Positions 12,384 through 24,559 of a stretch of DNA of 64,000 bases are shown in pieces; position 1 is the first letter of the stretch; each line of letters starts with the position of its first letter. The position numbers were made by a program, and so were the translations under genes. The stretch is taken from contig JAGIQG010000004.1 in the NCBI GenBank assembly GCA_024679065.1, positions 74,214,001-74,278,000 of the forward strand, given 5' to 3'. The stretch comes from Sphyrna mokarran. Lineage: Eukaryota. The notes below the pieces were generated by a model. That model was not told where the DNA came from, made no database searches, and saw only the letters and a list, made by a program, of their open reading frames with translations.

Positions 12384-12867
12384 ATTATATTTACTTGTTG
12401 AGATGGTGTACCTAAATTTCCATATTAACTGCAAAGATTATTTGTTTCTCTGAACATTTTCACTCTGTGTGGGAGAACAGATCTTTATTTTGTTTCTGTA
12501 CATTGTAATAAATACCAAACTTACATTTATCTCTCAGGGACGAACTTGCAAAAGTAGACCAAATTCAAGAGGTCAATTAATTCTCTTGGAAGTTAAGCTT
12601 GTCACATGGTTATTAAACTCATGTAAGCCAGTTAATTCAGAAGGGAACATTAAGCTAGCTCATTTGCTTTCAGAAGGTTGGTTGACTTAGAAGTGATCAG
12701 CTCATGTTGTCAGATTGTTATGGTTTTGCATTGGAGGGCGCCAAAGAAGATCTGAAGAAAAGGAAAAGGATGTTTGGCATGAACAAAAGAATACTTTCTG
12801 GAGTGAGAGCACTGCTTTCTTGTAGTAACTGACAACACCTTTCAGAAGCTAAAGCCCTGAGGATATA

Positions 12868-13112
12868 TCAGAAATTGCAGGGAATCATATGGAGCCCTTC
12901 AGTATTTAAAGAGAGTACTCCAATATGTCAGTATTTACAGGGGAGTGTTCAGGATTTGTCTCAGTTTTTGAATTAGTATGTGTGTCAGTATTTGCAGGGA
13001 CACTTCAGTGGGACACTGAGTGCGTTGGTATTTGCTGGAAGCTTTCAGGAAGTTCTTTGGTATTTGCAGCGGGGTAAAATGTCCCCAATCATATGTCAGT
13101 AATTGCAAGAGG
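12868..13112. repeat. Degenerate minisatellite, 8 copies of a TCAGTATTTGCAGGG-like core
   Basis: Cores at 12868, 12899, 12928, 12961, 12985, 13025, 13057 and 13096. Confidence 0.6.
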
Positions 13113-13124
13113 CTTTTTTTGGTT

Positions 13125-13520
13125 TTAGCTCACTTATGGAAAATTAGTATCCCTGCTATTTTTTGCTCATTCTTAATTGTCTTTGAGAAGGTGGTAGTGA
13201 GCTACCTTCCTGAGGTTTTTACAGTCTGTATGGTGAAGGTACTCTCACAGTGCTGCTATTAGGAGTTCCAAGATTTCCGCCCAGTGACAATGAAGGAATA
13301 GTATATGTTTACAAGCCAGGATAGTGTATGGATTGGAGGGAACAGGTTTCCTCGTGCCTGCTCTCTTGCCCTTTTAACTGGCAGAAATTGCAGGTTTTGA
13401 ACTTGCTGCTAAAGAATTCTTGATGATTTGCTACTTATGCATCTTGAAGGAAGTCTACATTTATTACTAATTGTGCAATATTTAAGTTAGGCTGTTTTGT
13501 CCTGAATCGTATGGAGCTTA
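13125..13520 (-). mobile_element. CR1/L2-group LINE 3' end (same family as 541-1023)
   Basis: ttgagaaggtggtagtgagctacc..cacagtgctgct..ggagttccaagattt..cagtgacaatgaaggaa. Confidence 0.7.
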
Positions 13521-14030
13521 AGAACATAATAACATGAGAAATAAGAGCAGGGGTTGAGTATTCAGCCCTTTTAAGCCTGCTTCACCGTTAACATCTCCCA
13601 CCTTAATTCCAATTTCCTGCCTGCTCCCCATTGCCATTCATTCCCCGAGCAACCAACTATCTGTCAATCTCAGGACTTGAATTTTGATTGAAGAGGCAGC
13701 CACAAATTTCTGGTGAGTCAATTCCAAAGGTTCATGACCCTCTGAGGGAAGAAATCTGCCCTTATCTCAGTCCAAAAGGATCCATCCCTTATTACAATCC
13801 TAGGCCCTGGTGTTCTGGATTCTCTAGCTAGATATCTCAGTGCCTACATTGTCAATCTCCTTCTTGTATGGTTCAATGAGATCACCTCATATTATTCTGA
13901 ACTCTAAAGAATTTAGATACATCACCTACGCATCATAAGATGGTTATTTTCATTCCCCAGGTCAAAATTAGTGAATCTTTACTGTATTTCCTCCAATACA
14001 AGAGTAAATATGAAGATCAGAGATGATATT
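13520..14030 (-). mobile_element. CR1 3' end
   Basis: aagaacataataacatgagaaataagagcagg tail; ggttcaatgagatcacctc..ctctaaagaattt is the antisense CR1 C-terminal region. Confidence 0.8.
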
Positions 14031-15239
14031 GCACCTGTTAATGCCAACTCTAAAAAGAAAAGTCAACATTAAAACATTCTGGGCCATCGGCTCACAGTGA
14101 AGTGCCCAGGTGGAAGGGGAGTAGAAGGGAACCACCTGCAATGGGCTCCTCCAGAGCACTTGAAAGTGAACCAGAGTCTGGACTGGAGCTTACCACAAGT
14201 TGCAGTTCAATTGTCTTTCACAATAGCAATGAACTTCTCAGTGTCCATCAATACTGATGATGAAAAATCTGAACCTGGATGTCCAATGCTTCCCACCCAG
14301 TAACAACTATGTAATCTCCTGGGAGAAGTAAGAAAAACACATTTACAAGAAAAAAAATAGGATAATTCAGGGATAAAAGAATTCTGGAAAATTCATTTCT
14401 GCAAGAAAGTTTAGGAGATAATGATGATCCTGAGATAAATTGCCAACATCATTATCTGCTATTTATAAGCAATAGTATTAATGTCCTCCCGGAACTTCTC
14501 CAGCTACCATCTCACTAAGAATCTGGACCTTTAAAACCAAGTGGCAGCCTATCCCAATAGTTAGTGGCCTGGATTTAGCTGAGAGCTTGGGAACTTTGTG
14601 TCAAAACTGAATAAAGGTCCCAAGCCAGCACTTACTGTGAGTGACTTCCAGCAGAGTTATCTTCCTGGAGACAATCTCCTAATTGTCCACTGCTGTGCTG
14701 TCCTGTTGAGGAGGTTTAGCAAGTTCTCAAGCTGCCAGCCCAAACACCATGAGGGGTGGATGCTCTGAGGCAGGCTGGTGACCAAAAGGATGCCTCAGCA
14801 TGGAGGCACCTTCAGTGGCATGAGTTTGAACAGAACATTGGGATGAGACAAGGGACCAATAGGGACAAGGAGTCTCTGAGTCCAATGACTGCCACAGGGA
14901 CGCAGCCTCCATGGAGTTGCTTTCCTCTACGTATGGCAAGGGGGCTTCACCAGCAACAAAACATCAGCAAGGCTGCAACATCTCTCTGAATCAGATTGTT
15001 AAGTATATAAGGCTGGGCAACAAATTTTATTCATTGGCTTTTAGGAAGAATATCCATTGGCTGCCTTCTATTTTCCCTGTGTTTTCTGTCATCAGGCCTG
15101 CTACACAGGAGCATGCCTCCAGGAAAAAAAATAAACCTTCTGACACAAAGCCTTGTTCTACCTTATATATATCTTGGACACTATTTTCCTGTGCTGCTCA
15201 AATGGCACTGTCAATGGGGGACCTGTAATAGAATTCAGG

Positions 15240-16010
15240 ATTAGCGTCCAGCCGATTGCCACTCTCCCAGGCCCATTTTTAAGTGTAATTTGTCTTGCGC
15301 TAGAAACCAGTGTGACAGTGGTTACCACGTGGATATTTTTACTTCCCGCCTCCCTCCATTGGGAGAGATTTCCACCAGCGAGGACTAAAGCTGGCCTTCA
15401 TCAACAGGGACCAGGCATGATGATCTCACTGATGGGGACAGAGGCCATTGAAGCCCCTCCCCTTCCTTGGAGACCAGGGTCAAGGAGATGCCCATTGGGC
15501 AGTGCCAGCCTTACAGTACCATACTGACAGCCTAGTAGTGCCAGAATGGCACCCTGTCAGTGTCCCCAGCATGAAGTAGTGCCAAGAAGGCAGGGCCCGA
15601 GGGAAACTGGGGGGGTGGGTACAGGTTACTAGGGGCAGGGCTGATTTCACAACACACTCTACATAGGGATCAGTGGGAAAGGGCTTGCCATAGAGTGGAG
15701 AAAGCTGGCGCAGTGTTGCAGAAGCTATTGGAAGGTCGACAATTAGAAGGCTGGTGATGGGGGAGTCAGAGTACATGCGCCAATCTTCCCAATGACAGAT
15801 TGGCACATGCACAATGGCCTGCACAGCTGTATGCTGCTGGCCTCTCAGCTAGGCTTAGACCTCACATTTCCTCCTTCCCAGTGTGCATCCCCCAGCGGAG
15901 TCTGTAAATCACAGAGCACCGGAAATCCATTCAACTACGAGCACTTAAAAATGGGTGTGAAAATTTCCTACTCATTCGGCATTTAGTTTCTCTTTGGGAA
16001 AATTGCCCCA
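15240..16010. mobile_element. Harbinger-like non-autonomous element remnant
   Basis: ggcagtgcc-type internal repeats; terminal gggaaaattgcccc. Confidence 0.4.
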
Positions 16011-16119
16011 TGACCTTCTATTGTCCCTAACTTTTCTAATTCAAATAATCTGTTCATGTATTTACAACGTGGTTCTATAATTATTTTTAAATATTGTATT
16101 CCAAGTCTTCTCAATTCCG

Positions 16120-16293
16120 TGGATGGGAATTACCATCCACATGATGTCCTTTGTGGTGGTGTAGGATGCTCTCCATTGTCTGGTCACTGAATCTTCTGGT
16201 CCTGCCGCTGTCAACGGGGAACCTGCAGTGGGGGATCATAATACACAGGACTGGAAGATCCTTTGAGGGTGGAATGGCCAGAAAATTTTGGTC
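16120..16293. mobile_element. MITE
   Basis: Internal similarity to the 63682-63886 MITE; ends ggccagaaaattttggtc. Confidence 0.5.
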
Positions 16294-16557
16294 TATGCCT
16301 TCTGTAGTAAAAAAGATCCAGTTTGCTGAATCTATTATCTTAGCTAGGATATTAATTTGATGGCCCTCTATGATGTCTCTACCTCCTGCTTTTTGAAGTA
16401 TCATGACGGAGCACACTATTCAAGATGAAGCCTGAAAGTCTATTAAAATGACACCTTGGTACTTTTTGTTTTGTATTGTTCTAGCTGTATATTCCACTCC
16501 ACCTATATTGCTATAGCTTCTGAGCTAAAAACCTTTAGAAACTCATACACGAGAACA

Positions 16558-16840
16558 TGCATGGTGGCACAATGATTAGTACAACTGCTTCACAGAGTCA
16601 GGGATTGGTTTCAATTCCCGGCTTGCGTAACTCTCTGTGTGGAGTTTACACATTCTCCCTGTGTCTGTGTAGGTTTCCTTTAGATGCTCCGATTTCCTTC
16701 CACAGTCTAAAGATGTGCAGGTTAGGTGCATCGACCATGCTAAATTCTCCCTCCCGAATAGGTGCCAAGTGTAGTGATTAGGATATTTTCACAGTACCTT
16801 CATTACAGTGTTAACATAAATGATTAATAAATGAACTTTA
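16558..16840 (+). mobile_element. V-SINE with type-2 tail
   Basis: ggtggcacaatgattagtac..ggtttcaattcccggc..gtggagttt..attttcacagtaccttcattacagtgttaa. Confidence 0.9.
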
Positions 16841-16901
16841 AGCAAATTTTTAAATCTCTTTTCCTTTCAATAGCTTTAGTCCAGATCTTAGAATGGTAAA
16901 C

Positions 16902-17776
16902 TGTTATGGAGTTATATTGATGCCAAATATTACATTTTTGCTGCATCTACTGGATTCACATATGGAACTTTTTAAAAATGTCATTTAAATGTTAAAAGAA
17001 AAGAACTGACTTAAGACAGCTGCCACATGTCACCTGATATTTGGGAATGCAGGTTGGACAAGCTTCTGTAAACTTCCAAAACTGGATTAAAGTGAAAATA
17101 CCTAAACTATATCCTTGTGGAATGTTGCACCTGTCCTTGTCAGGACTTACCCCAAAACAGAAAGGACAATAAAGTCTCAGCTTTTCTGACTCCAGAATTA
17201 CTCATGACAAAGGCAAACTCACAGAACTGATTGTGCACAGGAGAAGTGCTCAGGATGCTGATTTGCTTCTAGGTTGCTTTAGCACGGAAGGTGGAAACTC
17301 CTTCATTAACATGATACCCCATTGATTATTTTCCATTACATATCAATGGCCAATTATCAAATGACTGAAACACTTTGATTTTTGAAGGTCTTTATTATGT
17401 AACCCTGCTGGCTTTGAGCAATCAATGGGGGGGAATGTCTGAAGGCAGCGAAAAGCTGTTTGCCTCTCTCTCTCTTTCAACTAAAATGAACCCAGCCTGT
17501 TTATATTAGGCTGTTGACTGCAACCAGAGAAATTTTAAAGAGGACTTCAAATTCCAAAGCACCATTTCTGAAAATATTTTAATATGTTTATCTGGTTGAG
17601 TTCTTAGCATTATAAAAACAAATCCTTTACTTGTTTAAACTGAAGAAATGCCATCAGACTTAGTTATTTGCCATTGTCAAGTATATACATTGAATCAGAA
17701 CATTCATCCTTACAAATCTAATTAAAAATCCTGTTCTGATCAACTGTGAAGAGGGCAAAAGGGAGGTTGTAATAAC
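16902..17776. mobile_element. Possible solo LTR
   Basis: TGTTA...TAACA termini only; no target-site duplication seen. Confidence 0.25.
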
Positions 17777-18050
17777 ACATAGTGACAGTGCCAGGGACCT
17801 TGGTTTGATTCCTTATTTGGGTCACTGTCTTTGTGGAGTTTGCACATTCTCCCCCTATCTGCATGGGTTTCCTCCAGGTGCTCTGGTTTCCTCCTGCAGT
17901 CCAAAGATGTGCAAGTTAGGTGCATTGGACATGTTAAATTCTCCCTCAGCCGAACAGGCGCCAGATGGTGGTGACTAGGGGATTTTCACAGTAACTTCAT
18001 TATGGTATGAATGTAAGTCTACTTGTGACTAATAAATAACAACTTTAACT
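17777..18050 (+). mobile_element. V-SINE with type-2 tail
   Basis: ccagggacc..gtggagtttgcacattctccc..gaacaggcgcc..gactaggggattttcacagtaacttcat..ctacttgtgactaataaa. Confidence 0.88.
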
Positions 18051-18759
18051 TTTATCGAGCTCAGTCTTCGGTCACCATCACCCTTTATTTACAATGTACT
18101 TTAAGTGTCGCTCAGTGACAACAGTGTACAGGTGAGCCCCAGAGTTTTTCAACTGCTGGCCTGAATGGAGTAAACTGATTTTAATACTTCCACTGCTCCA
18201 TCCTACTGGGTGAGCTTCCACTCGCCTTATAGGGAAGCTTGTATTCTATGAAGCCTGTGGGGAGATCTATTGACAATCCTCTGTGGCCATTATAAGAGTG
18301 GATGACCTTTCATCCATTCTCACATGGCTGTAACAATACGTATATCTTTCATGATCCCTGACCACATGCATCACATTACATATATCAGCATTAAATATAA
18401 TTTGCTATGAAGTCCTGTCCTCACATCACATGTTGCCCAAATAGCAATTTTATCATTTCTTCAACAGTTTAGACTTGGTACAAATCATCAGGGCATCTGA
18501 GAACTTCCGAGGGGTATCCCTAAACCTTTCTTCCAAACCATTCAGAGCAATGTCCCTAACATCTGCAGCATACCATTGCTAACTAGTTTAGTGGAATGGC
18601 CCCATGAGGAATAACAAGCTGACTGTTTACAAGAATGTACCCATTTAACCAAGAAGCTCGCCCCATCCGATTCAATGCAACAAACAACTCCTGGACACAT
18701 TCAGCGTTAGGCTGATAGGTGACAGATAACATCACACAAGTTCTAGACAATGCTAATCT

Positions 18760-19108
18760 CCAGTAAGGTGTATAAGATGTGAAGAGGGATTGACAAAGTA
18801 AGCGTGGAGAGGGTGTTTCCTCTTTTAGGGCCATCTCAAACAAGAGGCCATAGTTTTAGGATAAGGGGTGGCAGATTTAAAACAGAGATGAGAAGAAATT
18901 ACTTCTCTTAAAGAGCCATGAATCTGTGGAATTCACTACCCCAGAGTAAGGTAGATGCTGAGACATTGAGTAAATTTAATGAAGAAATGGGAAGATTTTC
19001 AATTAGTAAGTGTTTGAAAGGCTAATGGGCAGGAAAGTGGAGAAGAGATCATATTAAATGGCGGAGCAGGGGTTAAATCGCCTACTCCTGCTTCGAGTTC
19101 CTATGATT
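18760..19108 (+). mobile_element. CR1 3' end
   Basis: gagatgagaagaaattacttctct..ctgtggaattcactacccca..cctactcctgcttc..ttcctatg. Confidence 0.85.
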
Positions 19109-19444
19109 AGTTCTTGTACAGAGTCTAAATACCTTACTTTGAAACTCAATAACATTACCATTATTGAATCCCCAGTATCAAGATCTGGGGTTGGCCATTG
19201 TTCTGTTGCTGCATCCCTATTTAATACCACATAAAAAGTTGGTCAGAGGCAGATTTCCTGTGATGAGTGAATATTCATCTGACTCTGACTAAAATGGCAA
19301 ACTACCCATGAAATAAGGATCTGATTTGCATCTTAATGTTCACAGCTTATCTCAAGCAGGTGCTCCAACTGCTAATTACTAAGGACTATAGCAATGCCAT
19401 AAAGTGATTTATAACTATTTTTCAGGTGCTTATGTGTAATTACA

Positions 19445-21520
19445 AATGAACAAGGAGCAGAAAAGACCATTCAGCCCATCGAAATTGCTCTACAATTCAA
19501 GAAGATCATGGCTGCTCTGATACTAATCTCAAATCTACATCCTGCCTATCATTCCCTCCGTTACCAAGAATCTATCCACCTCTGCTATAAAAATATTTAA
19601 CAACTCTGCTTCCACCAACTTTTCAAGAAGGGAGTTCTAAAGATTCACGACCCTCTAGGAGAAAAAGTTTCATATTATCTCTGTTTTAAATGGGTGCCGT
19701 TTCTTTTTAAAGTTCTCAATCTAGTTTCTCTACAAGAGGAAGCATTCTCTGTACATCCACCCTGTCAATACTCCTTAGGATGTCATAAGTTTTAATTAAG
19801 TTGCCTCTTACTCTTCTGAACTCCAGTGGATATAAGCCTATCTTGATAGCACATTGACAGCTATGAAGTGATGTTTGTGGTGGGGATAACCAAAAAGATA
19901 AAATGACTGTACAAAATCAGCTCTTAGTGTAAAATAGACACCTATAAATGAAAATAGCTTGCTGAAGATACGAAAAACAATCATGAAAATACCTTCTACT
20001 ATGGGCTGGTTATATTGCTGATTGTAATAGCCAACGAGAAAGCTTATAGAATCATCGACTCCCTACAGGGCAGAAGGAGGCCATTCCATCCATCGAATCT
20101 GACTCTCTGACAGAACAGCATGGCCAACTACCAAATCTGCTTATCTTTGGACTGTGGGAGGTAACCGGAGCATCTGGAGGAAACCCATTCAGACTTGGGG
20201 AGAATGTGCAAACTCCACACAGGCAGTCACCTGAGACTAAAATTAAAGCCTGATCTCTGGCACTGTGAGGCAGTAGTGTTAACCACTGTTGTGGTCTATC
20301 TTGTCCGACATTTTCTCGTAAGGTAACTCACTCATTTCTGATATTAGTCAAGTAAACCTTCTCTGAACTGCTTAAAACATATTTACATTTTCCTTAAACA
20401 AGACCCCAATAATGTACACAGTAGTCCAGGTATCATCTCACCATTTTCTTGCATAACTGAGGCATAACCTCCCTACTTCAGTAGTTAATTCCCCTCACAA
20501 TAAATGGTAGCACTCTATTAGTTTTCCTAATTATTTGCAGTACCTACATATGAGCTTTTTGTGACTCATGCACTAGGACATCCAGATCCATTTTGCATCA
20601 CAGAGCTCTGATGCACCATTTAGATAATCAAATTCCTTTTTATTCTTCTGGCCAAAGTGGGTAATTTCATATTTTCCAACATCATACTGCATTTGCCAGA
20701 TATCTACCCACTCACTTATCTTGTATATGTCCCTTGCAGCCACTATATGTCCTCCTTGCAATTTACTTTCCTACTTATCGTTGTGTCATCAGCAAAATTG
20801 GCAACCAGCCCTTCAATCCCATCACACAAGTTATTTGTATATAATCTTTTACTCATCCTTTGATGCCCCTTATATTCTGTCCAGTCTTCTGACCTGCCAC
20901 TTGTCAGATTTTCTTTTGAATTTGATATGACCATTAACCTTTCGAGTTAACTGGATGGTGCATCTATCCCTTGGACTTTTTCTTTATCATTGGAATGTGT
21001 CTATTCCCTGTATTCTGAAATATCCCCTTGCATATTAGTCACTGTATTTCTTATTGACCTATCCCTTAACCTAATTGCTGATTCATTTTAGTCAGCTTTG
21101 CTTTCAATTGCCCTTTTTTAAGTTTAAAAACAATTTTAGCCCCACTCCTCTCTTCCTCAAACTGAATGTAAAATTCAATCATATTATAGTCGCTGCTACC
21201 TAGGACCACCTTCACTCTGAGATCATTTGTCAATCCCATCTCATTGCACAAAACTAGTCCTAGTATAGCCAACTCCCTGCTTGGTTCCAAGATGTGCTGT
21301 TCTGAAAAAATTCTATGAAATCCTCATCTAGGCTACTTTTGTTTATCTGATGTTTCCAGGCTAGATGTAGATTAAAATCGCACATGATTATTACCATGCC
21401 TTTGTGACATGCTCCAATTACTTCTTCCTTTATGCTCCATCCTAGTATGAGGATACTGTTAGGGGACCTGTGCACGGCTCCCACAAGCAACTTCATCCTT
21501 CCTTCTTTGCTGCTCATTAT
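19445..21520 (-). mobile_element. CR1 with internal deletions (endonuclease, RT and 3' end), interrupted at 19846-20295
   Basis: ORF track: IIMCDFNL, LGLVLCNEMG..LGSSDYNMIEF, VANFADDT, WQMQYDVGK. Confidence 0.9.
20045..20295 (-). mobile_element. HE1 SINE (CR1-type tail)
   Basis: Antisense head/V-domain; tail gaatggcctccttctgccctgtagggagtcgatgattctat. Confidence 0.88.
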
Positions 21521-22329
21521 GTCTCCTATTGTCTTTATAGCTAAGTAATGTTAGTCTCCCCCTATTGGGCATAAACAAACGTGCAAGACAGTCGGGTCCA
21601 TTCATTCCTTTGAATAGACGAGAACAATACTTAGTTACTTAGTTGAAATGAATTTATTTTATTCAACAGAACTTAAAGAGAATTAAATCATTACAGAAAT
21701 GAAAAGAAAGAGAGAAGTTGGAGAGACTGGCCTTTTCTACCAGCCCTGAATTGATCACACTGAACTGAGCTAGAAAATCATTCTGAAAACAGAACTGAAC
21801 AAACACACACTGAAAGCAAACATATTTCAACCCTATTTCATTACTGAAAATGTTTTCTGTAAATTGTCTCTGCCTGGAAAACATATCTGTTGTTATCAAA
21901 ATTTATTTTGCTTGCTATGTATTTTTCAGGAGTGTGGTCAATTTTTAGTTAACCCATCATGCCTTCTAAGTTTTAAAATGTAGTCATGATTTTTTTTAAG
22001 CTTAGCAGAGTTAGTTACACAGACAGAAATATCTTAAAATGAAGACTTTGCAGAAATGAAGCAAATAGAGCTAAGCATACATAGGATCTCTCAAAGACCA
22101 AACAAGATTAAAGTAACTTGACTTATATTTATTCTTTGCAAAAGATATTACTGTACCAGATATCAAAGACAAAAAAAATACTTCTGCCTTCCACTTTCTG
22201 GAAACATCCATCCAGTATACTGAAGTTCCACTGCAAATGGGTCTAACTTCCTAATAGTCATGTATCTACCTGCCTAAAAGAAGCTTAAAACATTGCAAGT
22301 CTCCAGTTAACTAATTTCTTTGCTCCACT

Positions 22330-22925
22330 GGATGAAACATTATTATAAGTCTGCAATGTTGTTTTCCATTTGAGAATATCTATTGTTCTTCTATTGTAGC
22401 TGAGATCTTTACAGGACTTTCAATGCTTTGGAGGTTTTTGACTTTTAGGCTGTTTGTCTAGTCCCTTGATTTGTTGGGGTATCTTAGAAATGCCGACATT
22501 GAAATTATGTTGTTATAAATCTCAATATTCATGTCAAACAATCACTGACGTCTTTTTGGCACCTCTCAAATTTTCCTTCCAAACATTTTAAGTTGTATTT
22601 GTTTGAAGAATATCATTTGGCCTCTTATCCGTCACTTGGCATTGAAGAGCTAACAAAAGATTTGAGCACTTTTATGTTAAGATCTAACTGTGTGGATTCA
22701 TTGTTCCAAATTCTTCAATATTTGATTGATTGAGTGACTGTTGTGAATTTGAAGTTGGAGTTAGTAGGGTTGATTTTTCATAGCTGTTGTCTTTTGTTGC
22801 ACTGGATGACAATTGCCTTTTTTGTGTTATTTGAAAACACGTGGCTTTCTTGTGACTGGTTTGTTTTAATTCCATTGTTACAGTGACAGAGTTAGGTTTG
22901 TATCAGCTCTCGGCTTTGATTCCAT
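22330..22925 (-). mobile_element. Possible very old L1/Tx1-like ORF2 linker remnant
   Basis: A-rich minus strand with Lys/Gln-rich broken frames; no diagnostic motif recovered. Confidence 0.25.
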
Positions 22926-22997
22926 GTGAGTGAGCAGTAAGATAGTCATTGTGTTATTGGATTAGTAATTCATAAGCTTGGATTTCTGTACAATGTG

Positions 22998-23152
22998 TTG
23001 GCACAGTGGTTAGTACTGCTCCGTCACAATGACAGGGATCTGGGTTCAATTCCGGCCTTGGGTCACTGCCTATGTGGGGTTTGGACATTCTCTCCATCTC
23101 TGTATGGATTTCCTTTGAGTACTCTGGTTCCCTCCCACACTTAAAAGATGTT
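22998..23152 (+). mobile_element. 3'-truncated HE1-type SINE
   Basis: tggcacagtggttagtactgct..gggttcaattccggccttgggtcactg. Confidence 0.85.
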
Positions 23153-23252
23153 CAAATCTTACAATGCCAGTTTTTGAAAAGGAATATCTGAAAATGTAAG
23201 ACTCATATCAATTAAAGTGATCATGTAGCTATTAAATTATCAGAGGAAAAAA

Positions 23253-23650
23253 ATGGGCAGTTTTTTTTCTGGAAATTGGCAAAGGCAGATAGCAGTTGGG
23301 AAACGTGGCATTGAAGTTGCCAAGAGTAATGATTGCTTTCTCCGCTGTAATGTTCAACTCTTAGAAAAAAACTGCACGGCGCATTGCTGGTGAGGCAGTC
23401 TCCTGCCAGCAACTAAGTACCTTGAAGAGCAGGGCATCATTTTTAAAAGCCACTCCAGTACTCAAGAGTTCATCCAAGGCCCCCCATCCCCCCATCCCCT
23501 GTCACAGCCTCCTGGCACTGCCCGGGCTCTTCCCCCTGACAGTGCTCCCAGCACTGATCCCTGGCACTTCTCTCTGACAGTAGTCCCTGGCACTGTCCCA
23601 GCACTGCCCACTGAAAATGCACAATGCCACTGTCCACACATTGTCAAAGC
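23253..23650. mobile_element. Harbinger-like non-autonomous remnant
   Basis: gggcagttttttt start and ggcactgccc short repeats, as at 15490-15600. Confidence 0.4.
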
Positions 23651-24559
23651 ACTACTCCTCTTTGTCTATCAGTTTATTCTTCCATTCCCTCCTCCCTCAT
23701 GTCTTCATCTAGATGCCCCTTAAATGCATCTAGCCAATTGCCTCAACTACTCCTTATGGCCAAATGAATTCTCTATTGGATCTATTTATGGCAAGCTCAT
23801 ATTTTTGACTTTCTGATTTTGAAGATCTAATCATGACATTGAAACCATTCCCAAAGCTTCTGTTTTAAATTTTATGGAGCAATTTTCTTTCAAGGCTGTG
23901 TTTGTTTTGGCTTTGATTACCGACAGAACCACTGAGGCTCAAAATAGTCCATGTTCCTGAAACTTGATGACATTCATTGCTGTGAGTTTGCAGTCAGTGG
24001 AGTTGTGCAATGCCTGGTGCGGTACTTTGCACTGGTATAAAGGTCACACCTGTGTTTATTGATCAGCAAAGTTTCATTCAAATTACTGCAAAAAGCGTAG
24101 CCCTGGGTCTGAGAGTTGTAGAAATTCAGATAAAGCCATGATTAACACCATATAGGATTTTATGTTAATATTTTCATTAATCATCACAAGGTTTCACCGT
24201 GTAGTAGGAGCTCTCGCAGTTAGAATCTGTCAAACTTACAGCATTGAAATGGGGCATTTGGATCAACTATTATACATCAACATTTACCCTCTCTGCAAAA
24301 ATATAAGGCTGTATTTTGGGCTGGGGAGGTGGGAAAGGGAAGTCAGGACTGATTCTGCATTTTGAACCCCCTTCCTGCAGGGTAGACTCACATTAATCAT
24401 CATGAAGATAGGTTCTCTGTCCAATGAAGGACAGCAGATGGACGCTTGGAAATGGAGGGCCAATCAGAGGTCTCCCAACTTGAGGAGAGAAGCTGACTGC
24501 AATCCAGGGAAAGTAGGGCTTTTCAACATAGATATCCAATACTAATGTCTTGTGTTTAT

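Noticed and set aside
12868-13112. CRISPR-like repeat-spacer appearance
   Set aside because: Vertebrate DNA, short degenerate cores, irregular spacing, mutually similar spacers, no cas genes.
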